From Erysipelotrichaceae bacterium (lineage in GTDB: Bacteria; Bacillota_I; Bacilli_A; Erysipelotrichales; Erysipelotrichaceae): a stretch of 59,966 nt of DNA. The stretch lies in NCBI GenBank assembly GCA_900770275.1, contig CAAGJS010000088.1:1-59966 (forward strand). Reading direction: 5' to 3'. Both the position numbers and the translations under genes were made by a program. Position 1 is the stretch's first letter; every line of letters starts with the position of its first letter. The notes under the pieces were generated by a model. The model ran no database searches. It had not been told where the DNA came from and saw only the letters and a list, made by a program, of their open reading frames with translations. Positions 7,692-17,089 of the stretch are shown here, in pieces.

Positions 7692-9394
7692 TCTACATGG
7701 CATGTCGATATGCACCTTTGGAGCTGTTTGCCGGTTTTCGTACCCGGGTGGCGCGGCTGGATCCGGTGGTGAAGGATTATGCCTGTGCCGAGGCATGTAC
7801 GCATCCCAACCTCTGCGGCTATGCCAAGGCGCTCTACGAAGAAATTCAGGCGAAACATGTGGATGAGCTTGTTCTGACGGACTGCTGCGATGCGACGCGG
7901 CGCCTTTATGATGTGCTTGCGGAAGAGGGGAAGATGAAGTTTCTGTGGCTTCTGCCGCTGCCGCATAAGAATGGTGAGGCTGAGATTCGCCTGTTTGCCA
8001 GGTCGCTCGAGGATCTTGAGCGTGCCTACAGCAGCTATCGCTGGAAGACGTTTGATGTGGATCTTGCGATCCAGGTGTATGAACGTCAAAGAGCTGCGGA
8101 AGAAGAGAAAACGAAGAACACCGGGACATATATCCGGATTGCAGGAGCCCATGCGTCCGGGGATCTGGTGGAGACGGTGGAGAAGATCTTCCTTGGCGTC
8201 GACGTTGAAAATGCGACCTGTACGGGCAATCGGGCAATGTTAAAGCCTGCCGGGGAAAGGGATAACTTCTTTGTCTGGTATGCGGATTATCTGCTCAATC
8301 AGTCCTCTCCGTGTATGCGCATGCAGCACAGCAGTACTGCAGGCGAAACAGAAAACATCGCCAATAACCAATCGAAAAAGATACTGGGAGCGATTTTTCA
8401 TACGATCAAGTTCTGTGACTTCTACAGCTTTGCCTACCTGAAGGAAAAGACGTCAGAGACGCCGTTATTGAAGATTGAAACCGATGCGACCCAGCAGAGT
8501 GAAGGCCAGCTGCGGACGCGGCTGGAAGCTTTCCGTGAGGAGCTTGGGCTGGATGATCTGGAGGAAGAGATGACAGAGACGAATCAGAATGTCAATGGAC
8601 CGGTATATACCGCAGGCATCGACAGCGGATCGGCATCGACGGATGCGGTGATTCTCGATGCGCAGTGCAATATTCTTGGGCGGGCGATTGTCCCAACCGG
8701 GTCAGGGGCAGTAGATGGCGCAAAGAAGGCGCTGGCGATCGCTCTGGAACAGGCAGGTCTGAAACAGGAAGATCTGACCCGGATTGTGACAACCGGTTAT
8801 GGCCGTTCATCGATCGAGATCGAAGGACGGGCGGTAACAGAGATTACATGTCATGCCCGCGGAGCTCACTTCCTGGATCCTGAGGTACGTACGGTCATTG
8901 ATATCGGCGGCCAGGATTCGAAGGTCATCTGTATCGATGAAGATGGCAAGGTAAAGAACTTTGTCATGAATGATAAGTGTGCCGCAGGTACCGGAAGATT
9001 TCTGGAGATGCAGGCGCAGGCAATGGGACTGACGATGCCTCAGATGAGTGAGAAAGGTCTGCAGTGGAAGAAGGATGTGACGATTTCTTCGATGTGCACG
9101 GTCTTTGCGGAGTCGGAAGTAGTGAGTCTGGTTGCAGAGAATGTTGCGGTAGAGGATATTATCCATGGCCTCAACAAGGCAATCGCTGAGAAGACGGCAG
9201 GTCTCGTATCCCGTTCCAATGGCGGACCGGTATATATGATGACAGGCGGCGTCGCGCAGAATCAGGGTGTCGTTGACTGCCTTTCGAAGAAACTGAATGC
9301 CGAGGTACGTGTGTCGCCGGATGCGCAGGTTTGCGGATCGTTAGGTGCTGCGTTAATCGCACTGGAGTCGTTTGGCATCAGGCAGGCGAAGTAA
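7688..9394 (+). CDS. Fused dehydratase subunit plus ATP-dependent activase (HgdC/BcrAD family)
   Basis: N-half has NLCGY, CCD, KFCDFY and GQLRTRLEAF; C-half has GIDSGS, TGYGR, EITCH, IDIGGQDSK and MNDKCAAGTGRFLE. Confidence 0.9.
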   Translation: MIYMACRYAPLELFAGFRTRVARLDPVVKDYACAEACTHPNLCGYAKALYEEIQAKHVDELVLTDCCDATRRLYDVLAEEGKMKFLWLLPLPHKNGEAEIRLFARSLEDLERAYSSYRWKTFDVDLAIQVYERQRAAEEEKTKNTGTYIRIAGAHASGDLVETVEKIFLGVDVENATCTGNRAMLKPAGERDNFFVWYADYLLNQSSPCMRMQHSSTAGETENIANNQSKKILGAIFHTIKFCDFYSFAYLKEKTSETPLLKIETDATQQSEGQLRTRLEAFREELGLDDLEEEMTETNQNVNGPVYTAGIDSGSASTDAVILDAQCNILGRAIVPTGSGAVDGAKKALAIALEQAGLKQEDLTRIVTTGYGRSSIEIEGRAVTEITCHARGAHFLDPEVRTVIDIGGQDSKVICIDEDGKVKNFVMNDKCAAGTGRFLEMQAQAMGLTMPQMSEKGLQWKKDVTISSMCTVFAESEVVSLVAENVAVEDIIHGLNKAIAEKTAGLVSRSNGGPVYMMTGGVAQNQGVVDCLSKKLNAEVRVSPDAQVCGSLGAALIALESFGIRQAK

Positions 9395-9460
9395 AAGAAA
9401 AGCGGCGTGCCGAAGGCACTACCGCAGATCATACAAAGAATGTAATGGGAATGGTCTGGA

Positions 9461-9934
9461 TTACTCTTCGATCCAGACTTTTTTCATGACAACCGGCGTC
9501 AGAGGACGATCGCGCAGATCCGTCTTTACATTGGCGATGGCATCGACGACGTCCATTCCTTCGACGACGTGACCGAACGCTGCGTACTGGCCGTCGAGAT
9601 AGTCCGCATCCTGGTGCATGATGAAGAACTGCGAAGAAGCGGAATTCGGATCCATGGCACGTGCCATGGAGATAGTTCCGCGCGTGTGCTTGATGGGATT
9701 CGGGTGGCCGTTGGCAGCGAATTCGCCGACGATTTCCTCGTCGCTGCCGCCCATGCCGTTGCCAAGCGGATCGCCGCCCTGAATCATGAAGCCCTTAATG
9801 ATGCGGTGGAACGTTAAGCCGTCGTAGAAGCCCTTGTTTACAAGCTTCTTGAAGTTGGCGGTTGTGATCGGAGCGGCTTTCTCGTCAAGTTCGATCTTGA
9901 TCTGTGCGCCGTTGTCCATTTCGATAATGACCAT
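9461..9934 (-). CDS. ppiB: Cyclophilin-type peptidyl-prolyl cis-trans isomerase
   Basis: FYDGLTFHRIIKGFMIQGGDP, SMAR, SSQFFI and YAAFG motifs. Confidence 0.95.
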   Translation of the reverse strand: MVIIEMDNGAQIKIELDEKAAPITTANFKKLVNKGFYDGLTFHRIIKGFMIQGGDPLGNGMGGSDEEIVGEFAANGHPNPIKHTRGTISMARAMDPNSASSQFFIMHQDADYLDGQYAAFGHVVEGMDVVDAIANVKTDLRDRPLTPVVMKKVWIEE

Positions 9935-9979
9935 AGTTGTGTTTTTCTCCTTGAACGTGACTATCCTATCACGAAGCCT

Positions 9980-10417
9980 CTATTCCATGGCGTCGAGATG
10001 CACGTGCTGAACGGAAGGAAGCTCCTGGAGCTTCACCAAGATTCCGGCAACAGTACCGTTCAGATTGCGGATGTCCAGCGCAAGAATGACGCTGGCTTTC
10101 TGGTCCGCCGGTGCAGACTGGGAAATCGTAAGGATGCTCGCGTTGGAAGAGGAAACGACCTTCAGAACTTCAGAAAGGGCTCCGGTCTCATTCTTGAGAA
10201 TCATGGAAATAACGGCTTTGCGGCTGGTTTCCACTTCAGAGGGACGGAAGACATAATCCTTGTACTTGTAATAGGTATTGCGCGAGATGCCGCAGCGCTT
10301 GACCGCTTCGGTGACTGTGGCTGCCTCTTTGGACTGCAGAAGCTCTCTGGCCTCGATGACCTTTTCGTATTCTTCCGGAAGGATAGCGTTTGCGACGATC
10401 AGATAATCGGGCGCCAT
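9980..10417 (-). CDS. HTH-ACT domain regulator (ThrR/PheB-like)
   Basis: EAVKRCGISRNTYYKYKDYVF followed by an ACT domain (GALSEVL..ILTISQ); lies downstream of thrB. Confidence 0.85.
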   Translation of the reverse strand: MAPDYLIVANAILPEEYEKVIEARELLQSKEAATVTEAVKRCGISRNTYYKYKDYVFRPSEVETSRKAVISMILKNETGALSEVLKVVSSSNASILTISQSAPADQKASVILALDIRNLNGTVAGILVKLQELPSVQHVHLDAME

Positions 10418-11280
10418 AGGTCATTCTCCTTGATTGCCAGGCCATGGGGATCAATGGATGTTTCCCGAATGTCCCAATGGACCGACTGCGCCTGGATTGC
10501 CTGCTTTCCATAGGCAGACAGGGGACGCTGCGAAATCAACAGGCACGTAGATCCGCTGCCGCTGATCAGCAGAACGCCGCCGGTATCTTTTTCAGCAGCT
10601 TCCTTCAGCTCATCAAACCCGGCAATCAGTTTCTTGCGATAGGGCTCATGAATTACATCATTGGATGCCGCCTTCAATGCGGCAATATCACCGGTGCGCA
10701 GACCTTCACTCATCCAGATCGCATGACCAAGGGCAGAGCCGATAATATTGCGCGGATAGGTATCGGGAAGAACCGCACGCGCATCGGCTGTCTTTACTTC
10801 AAAATCCGGAATGAATACCGTAAACATCCAGGATGAATGCAAAGACAGAGAACGGGTCAGAAAACTTCCATCCGTTTCTTTAAGACTCGCTGTCAAACCG
10901 CCATAGACGGCAGGGGCCGCATTGTCCGGATGACCTTCCAGTTCCGATGTCTTTTCGAAGATGAAGTCCGCATTCAAAGGCTTGTTTTCAACAGCCAGCG
11001 CTGCCGTAACGCCGGCAGCCGATAAGGCCGCCGAGGACCCAAGTCCACGGGCGGAAGGAATGTCCGCATCAAAGCGGACACGAACATGTTTGTCAGAGAT
11101 GGAATGGAATGCTTTCAGAAACAGGTTGCTGGGCCTGTTGTACTGGGGACGGACATTGATCAGTTCGTCGTGGGTACTTTCTTCGACAGTAAAGGTATCA
11201 AAGATCTGAAGTGCTGCGCCAAGGCAGTCGAAGCCGGCACCGAGATTTGCCGTCGTTGCGGGGACGCGTATTTCAATCAT
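10399..11280 (-). CDS. thrB: Homoserine kinase
   Basis: VPATTANLGAGFD, PSARGLGSSA, EGHPDN and ISGSG motifs. Confidence 0.95.
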   Translation of the reverse strand: MIEIRVPATTANLGAGFDCLGAALQIFDTFTVEESTHDELINVRPQYNRPSNLFLKAFHSISDKHVRVRFDADIPSARGLGSSAALSAAGVTAALAVENKPLNADFIFEKTSELEGHPDNAAPAVYGGLTASLKETDGSFLTRSLSLHSSWMFTVFIPDFEVKTADARAVLPDTYPRNIIGSALGHAIWMSEGLRTGDIAALKAASNDVIHEPYRKKLIAGFDELKEAAEKDTGGVLLISGSGSTCLLISQRPLSAYGKQAIQAQSVHWDIRETSIDPHGLAIKENDLWRPII

Positions 11281-12754
11281 GGGCGAGTTCCTCCATCTGT
11301 TTCTGAATCAGATCGATGCCATCTTTTACTTCGATTGTTTTGTCAAAACGAAGGGGGAGTGAATTCAGCTCGGCAAGGGGAGAAGGAACCCTGGTACCTG
11401 TCTCTTCGGAGAGTCTGTTCATTGCCGCAAACGGATCCAAAACGATGGTTCCATCGACCGCCTTAAGAACATTGCCCGCAAATTTATAGGGACTTGCGGT
11501 GGAAAGGATGACAGCCTTCGTATCATCTCCGGATGACAGGCGATACTGGCTGAGACCCTCGGCAGCGACAGCGGTATGGGGATCCATGAGGTAGTGATGT
11601 TTGTTCCATGCAGCTTTGATTTCTTCGACACACTGTTCTTCGCTGCAGGAGTATCCCGCAAAGTCCTGACGGATCGATTCCAGCATCGTGGAAGAAACCG
11701 TATACTGGCCTGCCGCTTTCAGCTGTTCCATGCATGTTTCGACGAACGATGTATCGCCATGACTCTTGAAGTACAGCAGACGTTCGAGATTGGAAGAAAT
11801 GAGAATGTCCATGGAAGGGGACATTGTGACATGGAAGGGCCGATGGATGGAGTAGATTCCGCTTTCCAGGAAATCAGTCAGGACGCGGTTGGAATTGGAG
11901 GCACAGATCAGCTTCTTTACTGGAAGACCAATCTGTTTCGCCAGCCAGCCGGCAAGGATGTCGCCGAAGTTTCCGGTCGGTACGGCAAAAAGAATCTCTT
12001 CGCCCGGAGCAATCGTATGATTTCTGACAAGATCCTGATAAGCCGCAAAGTAATAAACAATCTGCGGAACCAGGCGGCCGATATTAATGGAGTTGGCAGA
12101 AGACAGGCGGACGCCGGCAGGAAGATGAATTGCCGGGACAGCTTCCTTGACCAGACGCTGGCAGTCGTCGAAATTGCCGTTGACCGCAACGACGTTGACA
12201 TTATTCCCGCGGGCGGTACGCATCTGCAGTTCCTGAATCGGGGATACGCCGTTTCTTGGATAGAAGACAGTGATCGCAGTATGCGGTACATCCGCAAAGC
12301 CAGCCAGTGCTGCTTTGCCCGTATCGCCGCTGGTTGCCGTGAGAATGGCTACGGTTCCGGTCTGTTTCTGATCGTTGTAGGCCGCGGTTAACAGGCGGGG
12401 CAGAATTGTCAGTGCCAGATCTTTGAAGGCGCAGGTCGGCCCATGCCACAGCTCAAGCACCGAAGTTGATTCATCGAGAGCGGCAGTCGGGGCGATGGCC
12501 GGCGTATCAAAGTTGATTCGGCTGTAGGCACCCGAAATGCACGAGGCAAGTTCGTCCTTTGCATAGTCATCGAAGAAACGGGACAGTATCATTTGCGCAA
12601 GATCGCTATAGGAAAGATCAGAAAGATTTGTAATATCGATTTTTTCCGGCAGTTTCTCCGGTACAAACAGGCCGCCATCATCGGCGAGGCCTTTTAAGAT
12701 TGCTTCTTTGGCTGCGATCGGATCCGCATGACCACGGGTACTGAAATAGCGCAT
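11273..12754 (-). CDS. thrC: Threonine synthase
   Basis: YFSTRG, GLADDGGL, HGPTCAFKD, ATSGDTG, SANSIN and PTGNFG motifs. Confidence 0.96.
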   Translation of the reverse strand: MRYFSTRGHADPIAAKEAILKGLADDGGLFVPEKLPEKIDITNLSDLSYSDLAQMILSRFFDDYAKDELASCISGAYSRINFDTPAIAPTAALDESTSVLELWHGPTCAFKDLALTILPRLLTAAYNDQKQTGTVAILTATSGDTGKAALAGFADVPHTAITVFYPRNGVSPIQELQMRTARGNNVNVVAVNGNFDDCQRLVKEAVPAIHLPAGVRLSSANSINIGRLVPQIVYYFAAYQDLVRNHTIAPGEEILFAVPTGNFGDILAGWLAKQIGLPVKKLICASNSNRVLTDFLESGIYSIHRPFHVTMSPSMDILISSNLERLLYFKSHGDTSFVETCMEQLKAAGQYTVSSTMLESIRQDFAGYSCSEEQCVEEIKAAWNKHHYLMDPHTAVAAEGLSQYRLSSGDDTKAVILSTASPYKFAGNVLKAVDGTIVLDPFAAMNRLSEETGTRVPSPLAELNSLPLRFDKTIEVKDGIDLIQKQMEELAHD

Positions 12755-12793
12755 TGGGATTCTCCTTGTGTCTGAAACACATGCATGATACTA

Positions 12794-12833
12794 TGTCCAT
12801 GTTTTAAAAACAACTGTACCTGAAATAAAAACA
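12794..12833. promoter_or_regulatory. Two tandem 19-bp TGT-N10-AAAACA boxes in the divergent thrC/hom intergenic region (candidate operators)
   Basis: TGTCCATGTTTTAAAAACA (12794-12812) and TGTACCTGAAATAAAAACA (12815-12833), 21 bp apart. Confidence 0.45.
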
Positions 12834-12847
12834 TCTGGGGAGAAGAA

Positions 12848-13978
12848 ATGTTAACGATCGGATTGCTTGGGTGCGGCGTCGTAGGAAGCGGCGTCATGAA
12901 CCTGATTGATGCGCCGGCCAGTGAAGAATGCCGGAATATGCGGGTCAAACGGATCCTTGCCCGCTCCTTGTCGGAAAAGGATGATCCAAGGCTTACAACG
13001 GATTATGAAGATATCCTGAAAGATCCGGAAATCGATACTGTCATCGAATGCATGGGCGGGGATGAACCTGCCTTTACGTATGTTAAGGCTGCTTTGGAGT
13101 CGGGACGCAATGTCGTTTCTTCCAATAAGAAGATGCTTGCCCATCATCTGATGGAGCTCGAAGACCTGGCACAGGCACATCATGTCAGTCTTCTGATGGA
13201 GGCTGCTGTCGGCGGCGGCATTCCTCTTCTTTGCACGATTCATGATCTTGAAACCGTTGAACCGGTGACGGCCTTTGAAGGCATCTTCAACGGCACGACC
13301 AACTATATTCTTGATTCCATGACCCGTACCGGCCAGAAATTTTCCGATGCTCTCAAGGCCGCGCAGGACGCGGGCTACGCCGAGCGCAATCCCATCGATG
13401 ACATCCAGGGGTATGACGTCCGCTACAAGGTGATGCTCACATGTGCGGATGCTTTTGGAAAGGTTCCCGCAGAAGATTCGATCGTCACCTTCGGAATTGA
13501 TCGGATCGGGGATGAGGAATTTGCCTTTGCCAGAAAGAATGGATACATTATCAAGCTGATCGGATCCGGATCGAAAAATGAGGCAGGCATTGCGGCCTGC
13601 GTCATGCCTGCCTTTGTCAAGGCCGGCACGGTCCTGGCCGCAATTGATTCCAATCGGAATGGAATTTTGTTGAAAAGCCCTGCCCTTGGAGAGGTAACCC
13701 TGATCGGACAGGGGGCAGGCAGTCTGCCGACGGCGCACGCTGTCGTTTCCGATGCAGTTCGGATTCTGCTGGGAAAAGCGTACGCATGGAAGAATCTTGA
13801 GGAGATGGAGGCTGTTTCATCTTTGTCGAAGGTGTTCTACGTACGCGGCGGCAATGTGCCGGCATCGCTTGTGCAGTCGCATGCGGGAGATGCGGTGTTG
13901 ACGGTTCCTGTTCGATTGAATGAACTGATGCCGTATGTGCAGGCAGAAAACTGTGTCGTTCTGGAGATGCAGGCATGA
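12848..13978 (+). CDS. hom: Homoserine dehydrogenase
   Basis: GLLGCGVVGSG, VVSSNK, EAAVGGGIP, NGTTNYIL and GQGAGSLPTA motifs. Confidence 0.95.
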   Translation: MLTIGLLGCGVVGSGVMNLIDAPASEECRNMRVKRILARSLSEKDDPRLTTDYEDILKDPEIDTVIECMGGDEPAFTYVKAALESGRNVVSSNKKMLAHHLMELEDLAQAHHVSLLMEAAVGGGIPLLCTIHDLETVEPVTAFEGIFNGTTNYILDSMTRTGQKFSDALKAAQDAGYAERNPIDDIQGYDVRYKVMLTCADAFGKVPAEDSIVTFGIDRIGDEEFAFARKNGYIIKLIGSGSKNEAGIAACVMPAFVKAGTVLAAIDSNRNGILLKSPALGEVTLIGQGAGSLPTAHAVVSDAVRILLGKAYAWKNLEEMEAVSSLSKVFYVRGGNVPASLVQSHAGDAVLTVPVRLNELMPYVQAENCVVLEMQA

Positions 13979-15318
13979 TCAAGGTAGCGAAGTTCGGCGG
14001 TTCGTCATTGGCGGATGCGGGACAGTTTCAGAAGGTGAAGGCCATTGTGAAAGCAGATCCTTCGCGGCGTTTTGTCGTTGCCAGTGCGTGCGGGAAGTCG
14101 TCGCCGTCGGATCATAAGGTGACGGATCTGCTGTATCTGTGCCAGGCACATCTGCGCTATGGGGTCAGCTATGAGCCGATCTTTAAGGAGATCGAGGCGA
14201 AGTATTACGGAATCAAGGAGGCGCTGCATCTTTCGATGGATCTGGATGCGGAGTTTGCCAGGATCCGTAAGATGATGAACAAGGATGTTTCGACAGATCT
14301 TCTGGTGAGCCGTGGGGAATATCTGACCAGCCGGCTGCTGGCGGAGTATCTTGACTTTGATTTTCTGGATGCGGCCGATGTGCTGGCCTTTCACTACGAC
14401 GGGACGATCGACTATGAACGTACGGCGAGCCAGCTTTCTTCCAAGACGGGGGAGCGGGGTGTCGTGATTCCTGGTTTCTATGGTGCACTTCCCAATGGTG
14501 CGATCCGTGTCTTCTCGCGCGGGGGCAGTGATGTGTCGGGAGCCGTGATTGCCAATGTCGTCAATGCGGATGTGTATGAGAACTGGACCGATGTGCCGGG
14601 CTTTCTTGTGACGGATCCAAGGATCGTGAAGGATCCGATGCCGATCAAGCGCATCAACTATAGTGAGCTGCGGGCGATGAGCTATATGGGTGCCAATGTG
14701 CTGCATGATGATGCGGTGTTTCCGGTGCGTTCCAAGAACATTCCCATCAATATTCGTTCGACCAACGATCCGGATGCGCCGGGAACGATGATTCTTTCGG
14801 ACTGCAGTGAGATGGATGCGATGGATCCGCCTCCCATCATTACCGGTATTACGGGGCGGAAGAACTTTACGGTTCTGACTCTGACCTGTTCGCATGCCAG
14901 TGCGCTGCCTGGGTATCTGCGGCAGATTCTGGAGGTGTTTGAAGAATTCAAGGTATCCATCGAAAGTGTTCCGATGACGGTTGATACGATCAGTGTCATC
15001 GTGAGCAGTGACGCAGTCAGTGAAAATCTGTATGATATTGTCAACCAGCTGCGGGAGAAGATTAAACCGGACAACCTGAAGATTGAGGAAAACATGGCGA
15101 TGATTGCGATTGTTGGCCGTGCCATTCAGGAGAAGCCGGGCATGTCAGGCAGACTTCTTTCCGAGTTTGGCCGCAATCAGATCAACATCAAGGTCATCAG
15201 TCAGACAGCCGATGAGCTTTGCGTCACCGTCGGCGTCAATAACCGTGACTTTGAGAAGGCGGTCCGCTGCATCTATGAGAAGTTCATTGCGGAAGAAAGC
15301 AAGGGGGCAGAAAGATGA
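13975..15318 (+). CDS. lysC: Aspartate kinase
   Basis: KFGGSS, SRGGSD and WTDVPG..DPRIV motifs; two C-terminal ACT domains. Confidence 0.93.
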   Translation: MIKVAKFGGSSLADAGQFQKVKAIVKADPSRRFVVASACGKSSPSDHKVTDLLYLCQAHLRYGVSYEPIFKEIEAKYYGIKEALHLSMDLDAEFARIRKMMNKDVSTDLLVSRGEYLTSRLLAEYLDFDFLDAADVLAFHYDGTIDYERTASQLSSKTGERGVVIPGFYGALPNGAIRVFSRGGSDVSGAVIANVVNADVYENWTDVPGFLVTDPRIVKDPMPIKRINYSELRAMSYMGANVLHDDAVFPVRSKNIPINIRSTNDPDAPGTMILSDCSEMDAMDPPPIITGITGRKNFTVLTLTCSHASALPGYLRQILEVFEEFKVSIESVPMTVDTISVIVSSDAVSENLYDIVNQLREKIKPDNLKIEENMAMIAIVGRAIQEKPGMSGRLLSEFGRNQINIKVISQTADELCVTVGVNNRDFEKAVRCIYEKFIAEESKGAER

Positions 15319-16307
15319 AGATCGGTGTACTTGGAGCGACCGGCGCCGTCGGCCGTCAGATGCTTGCATGCATGGAAGAACACGGCATTGTGGCGGAGGA
15401 ACTGCGCCTGTTTGCCAGTGCACGCTCGGCAGGAAAAGAGCTTTCCTGCATGGGTCATACGTGGAAGATTGAGGTGCCGAGTGCTGAGCGTTTTCAGGGG
15501 CTGGACGTTGTGTTCGGTGCTGTGGATGCGGATCTTTCGCGTCAATGGGCGCCAGCCATTCAGGCTTCGAAGGCACTTTACATTGATAATTCCAGTGCGT
15601 TCCGTCTGGATCCGGATATTCCGCTGGTGGTGCCGCAGATCAATGGCCGCGATGTGCTGAATGCGAAGAAGGGCATCATTGCCAATCCGAACTGTTCGAC
15701 GATCATTACGCTGATGGCGGTGGCGCCGCTGCACCGGATTTCGCCGATCAAGGCCATTATTGCAAGTACGTATCAGGCAGTTTCCGGTGCCGGGAACAAG
15801 GGCATTGAGGAGCTGGAAATGGAACAGAAGGCGCTGCAGAAAGGTGCGTCGTTTACGCCATCGGTGTTCCCGGCACAGATTGCCAACAACTGCATTCCCT
15901 GGATCGGCAGTGAAAAGGAAGACGGTTTTACCAGTGAAGAGCTGAAGATGCGCAATGAGGGGCGCAAGATTCTTCACGACCCGGATCTGAAGGTGACGTG
16001 TACCTGTGTGCGTGTGCCGGTGTTCCGTTCGCATTCGATTTCGGTATCGGTGCAGTGCGGGCGGTCCATTTCGGTGGAAGAGGCGGCAGATGCGATCGGC
16101 AGTTTCCCTGGTGATGTGCTGATGAAGGACAGCTACCCGACGCCGTTGATGACAAGCGGTCAAGATCTGGTGTATGTGGGCAGGCTGCGTCCGGATCCGG
16201 TGCTGGACGGGGGTATTGCGCTGTGGTGCTGCGGGGATCAGATCCGCAAGGGTGCCGCTGCCAATGCGGTTGAGATTCTTGATTACATTCTGGCGAATCA
16301 TGCGTAG
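15315..16307 (+). CDS. asd: Aspartate-semialdehyde dehydrogenase
   Basis: GATGAVG, DNSSAFR, IANPNCST, CVRVPVFRSH and DQIRKGAA motifs. Confidence 0.96.
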   Translation: MKIGVLGATGAVGRQMLACMEEHGIVAEELRLFASARSAGKELSCMGHTWKIEVPSAERFQGLDVVFGAVDADLSRQWAPAIQASKALYIDNSSAFRLDPDIPLVVPQINGRDVLNAKKGIIANPNCSTIITLMAVAPLHRISPIKAIIASTYQAVSGAGNKGIEELEMEQKALQKGASFTPSVFPAQIANNCIPWIGSEKEDGFTSEELKMRNEGRKILHDPDLKVTCTCVRVPVFRSHSISVSVQCGRSISVEEAADAIGSFPGDVLMKDSYPTPLMTSGQDLVYVGRLRPDPVLDGGIALWCCGDQIRKGAAANAVEILDYILANHA

Positions 16308-16346
16308 GCCTATGCTAAAATGAGGTCATTGCAAAAGAGGTAACGT

Positions 16347-17015
16347 ATGAACAGATTTCTTGGAAAACTGATCGCTTCCGCTGCAGCCGCGGCGGCGGTA
16401 GGTGTCATCGCTGCAGTAATAAACAATAAGAAAGACGCGGATGAAGAAGTAAAGAAGGATGATGCTCCGGCGGATGATGACGCGGTAAGCTTCATCGATA
16501 TTGAGGATGGCGACGAGTCTGAATCCGCAGAAACAAAATCGGAAGAAACGAAGCCGGAAGAGGACAAGGCAGAAGAAGAAAAGCCGGCGGATGAACAGCC
16601 GAAGGAATTGAAGGCGGAAGAAGAAAAGGCAGAAGAAGCGCAGAAGCAGCCGGCAGCGGAACAGACTGCGGGCGAGAATGAGCTTGATGCAATTGCGCAG
16701 CTGTATCCGTATCTTTCGAAGGAATTCATCGCGGAGCAGTTTGAAAAGAACGGGGACTATAACCGTGAGTATCCGGCGGATACGCTGGTGCGGTTGATTC
16801 ATACGGTGGAGTTCGATGATCCTGCGGCTCTGACTTCGTTTGAGGAGATTGCGCGTCGGCGGGGCTATGAGATTGAGCCGTCCGGTGATCGTGAGGTAAA
16901 GATTTCGCGCCGTCTGTTTACGGAGAATGGTGCGATTCTGTCGGATATCTACAATGTGGCCAATCAGACGGCATGCCTGAAAGGAAAGTGGCTGGGCGTC
17001 GAGATTGTGCGGTAA
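16347..17015 (+). CDS. Hypothetical membrane-anchored acidic protein
   Basis: Ala-rich hydrophobic N-terminus, E/K/D-rich linker and globular C-terminus; GAGG RBS, followed by a terminator. Confidence 0.75.
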   Translation: MNRFLGKLIASAAAAAAVGVIAAVINNKKDADEEVKKDDAPADDDAVSFIDIEDGDESESAETKSEETKPEEDKAEEEKPADEQPKELKAEEEKAEEAQKQPAAEQTAGENELDAIAQLYPYLSKEFIAEQFEKNGDYNREYPADTLVRLIHTVEFDDPAALTSFEEIARRRGYEIEPSGDREVKISRRLFTENGAILSDIYNVANQTACLKGKWLGVEIVR

Positions 17016-17022
17016 TCGCGTG

Positions 17023-17047
17023 AAAGACAGCCTGCGGGCTGTTTTTT
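17023..17047 (+). terminator. Rho-independent terminator
   Basis: AAAGACAGCC-tgcg-GGCTGTTTTTT. Confidence 0.75.
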
Positions 17048-17057
17048 CATAGCGTTT

Positions 17058-17066
17058 TGTTATAAT
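17058..17066 (+). promoter_or_regulatory. Extended -10 promoter of the ecf operon
   Basis: TGTTATAAT about 25 nt upstream of the ecfA1 ATG. Confidence 0.55.
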
Positions 17067-17089
17067 AGGTGCGCTTTGGAGCGATGTGA

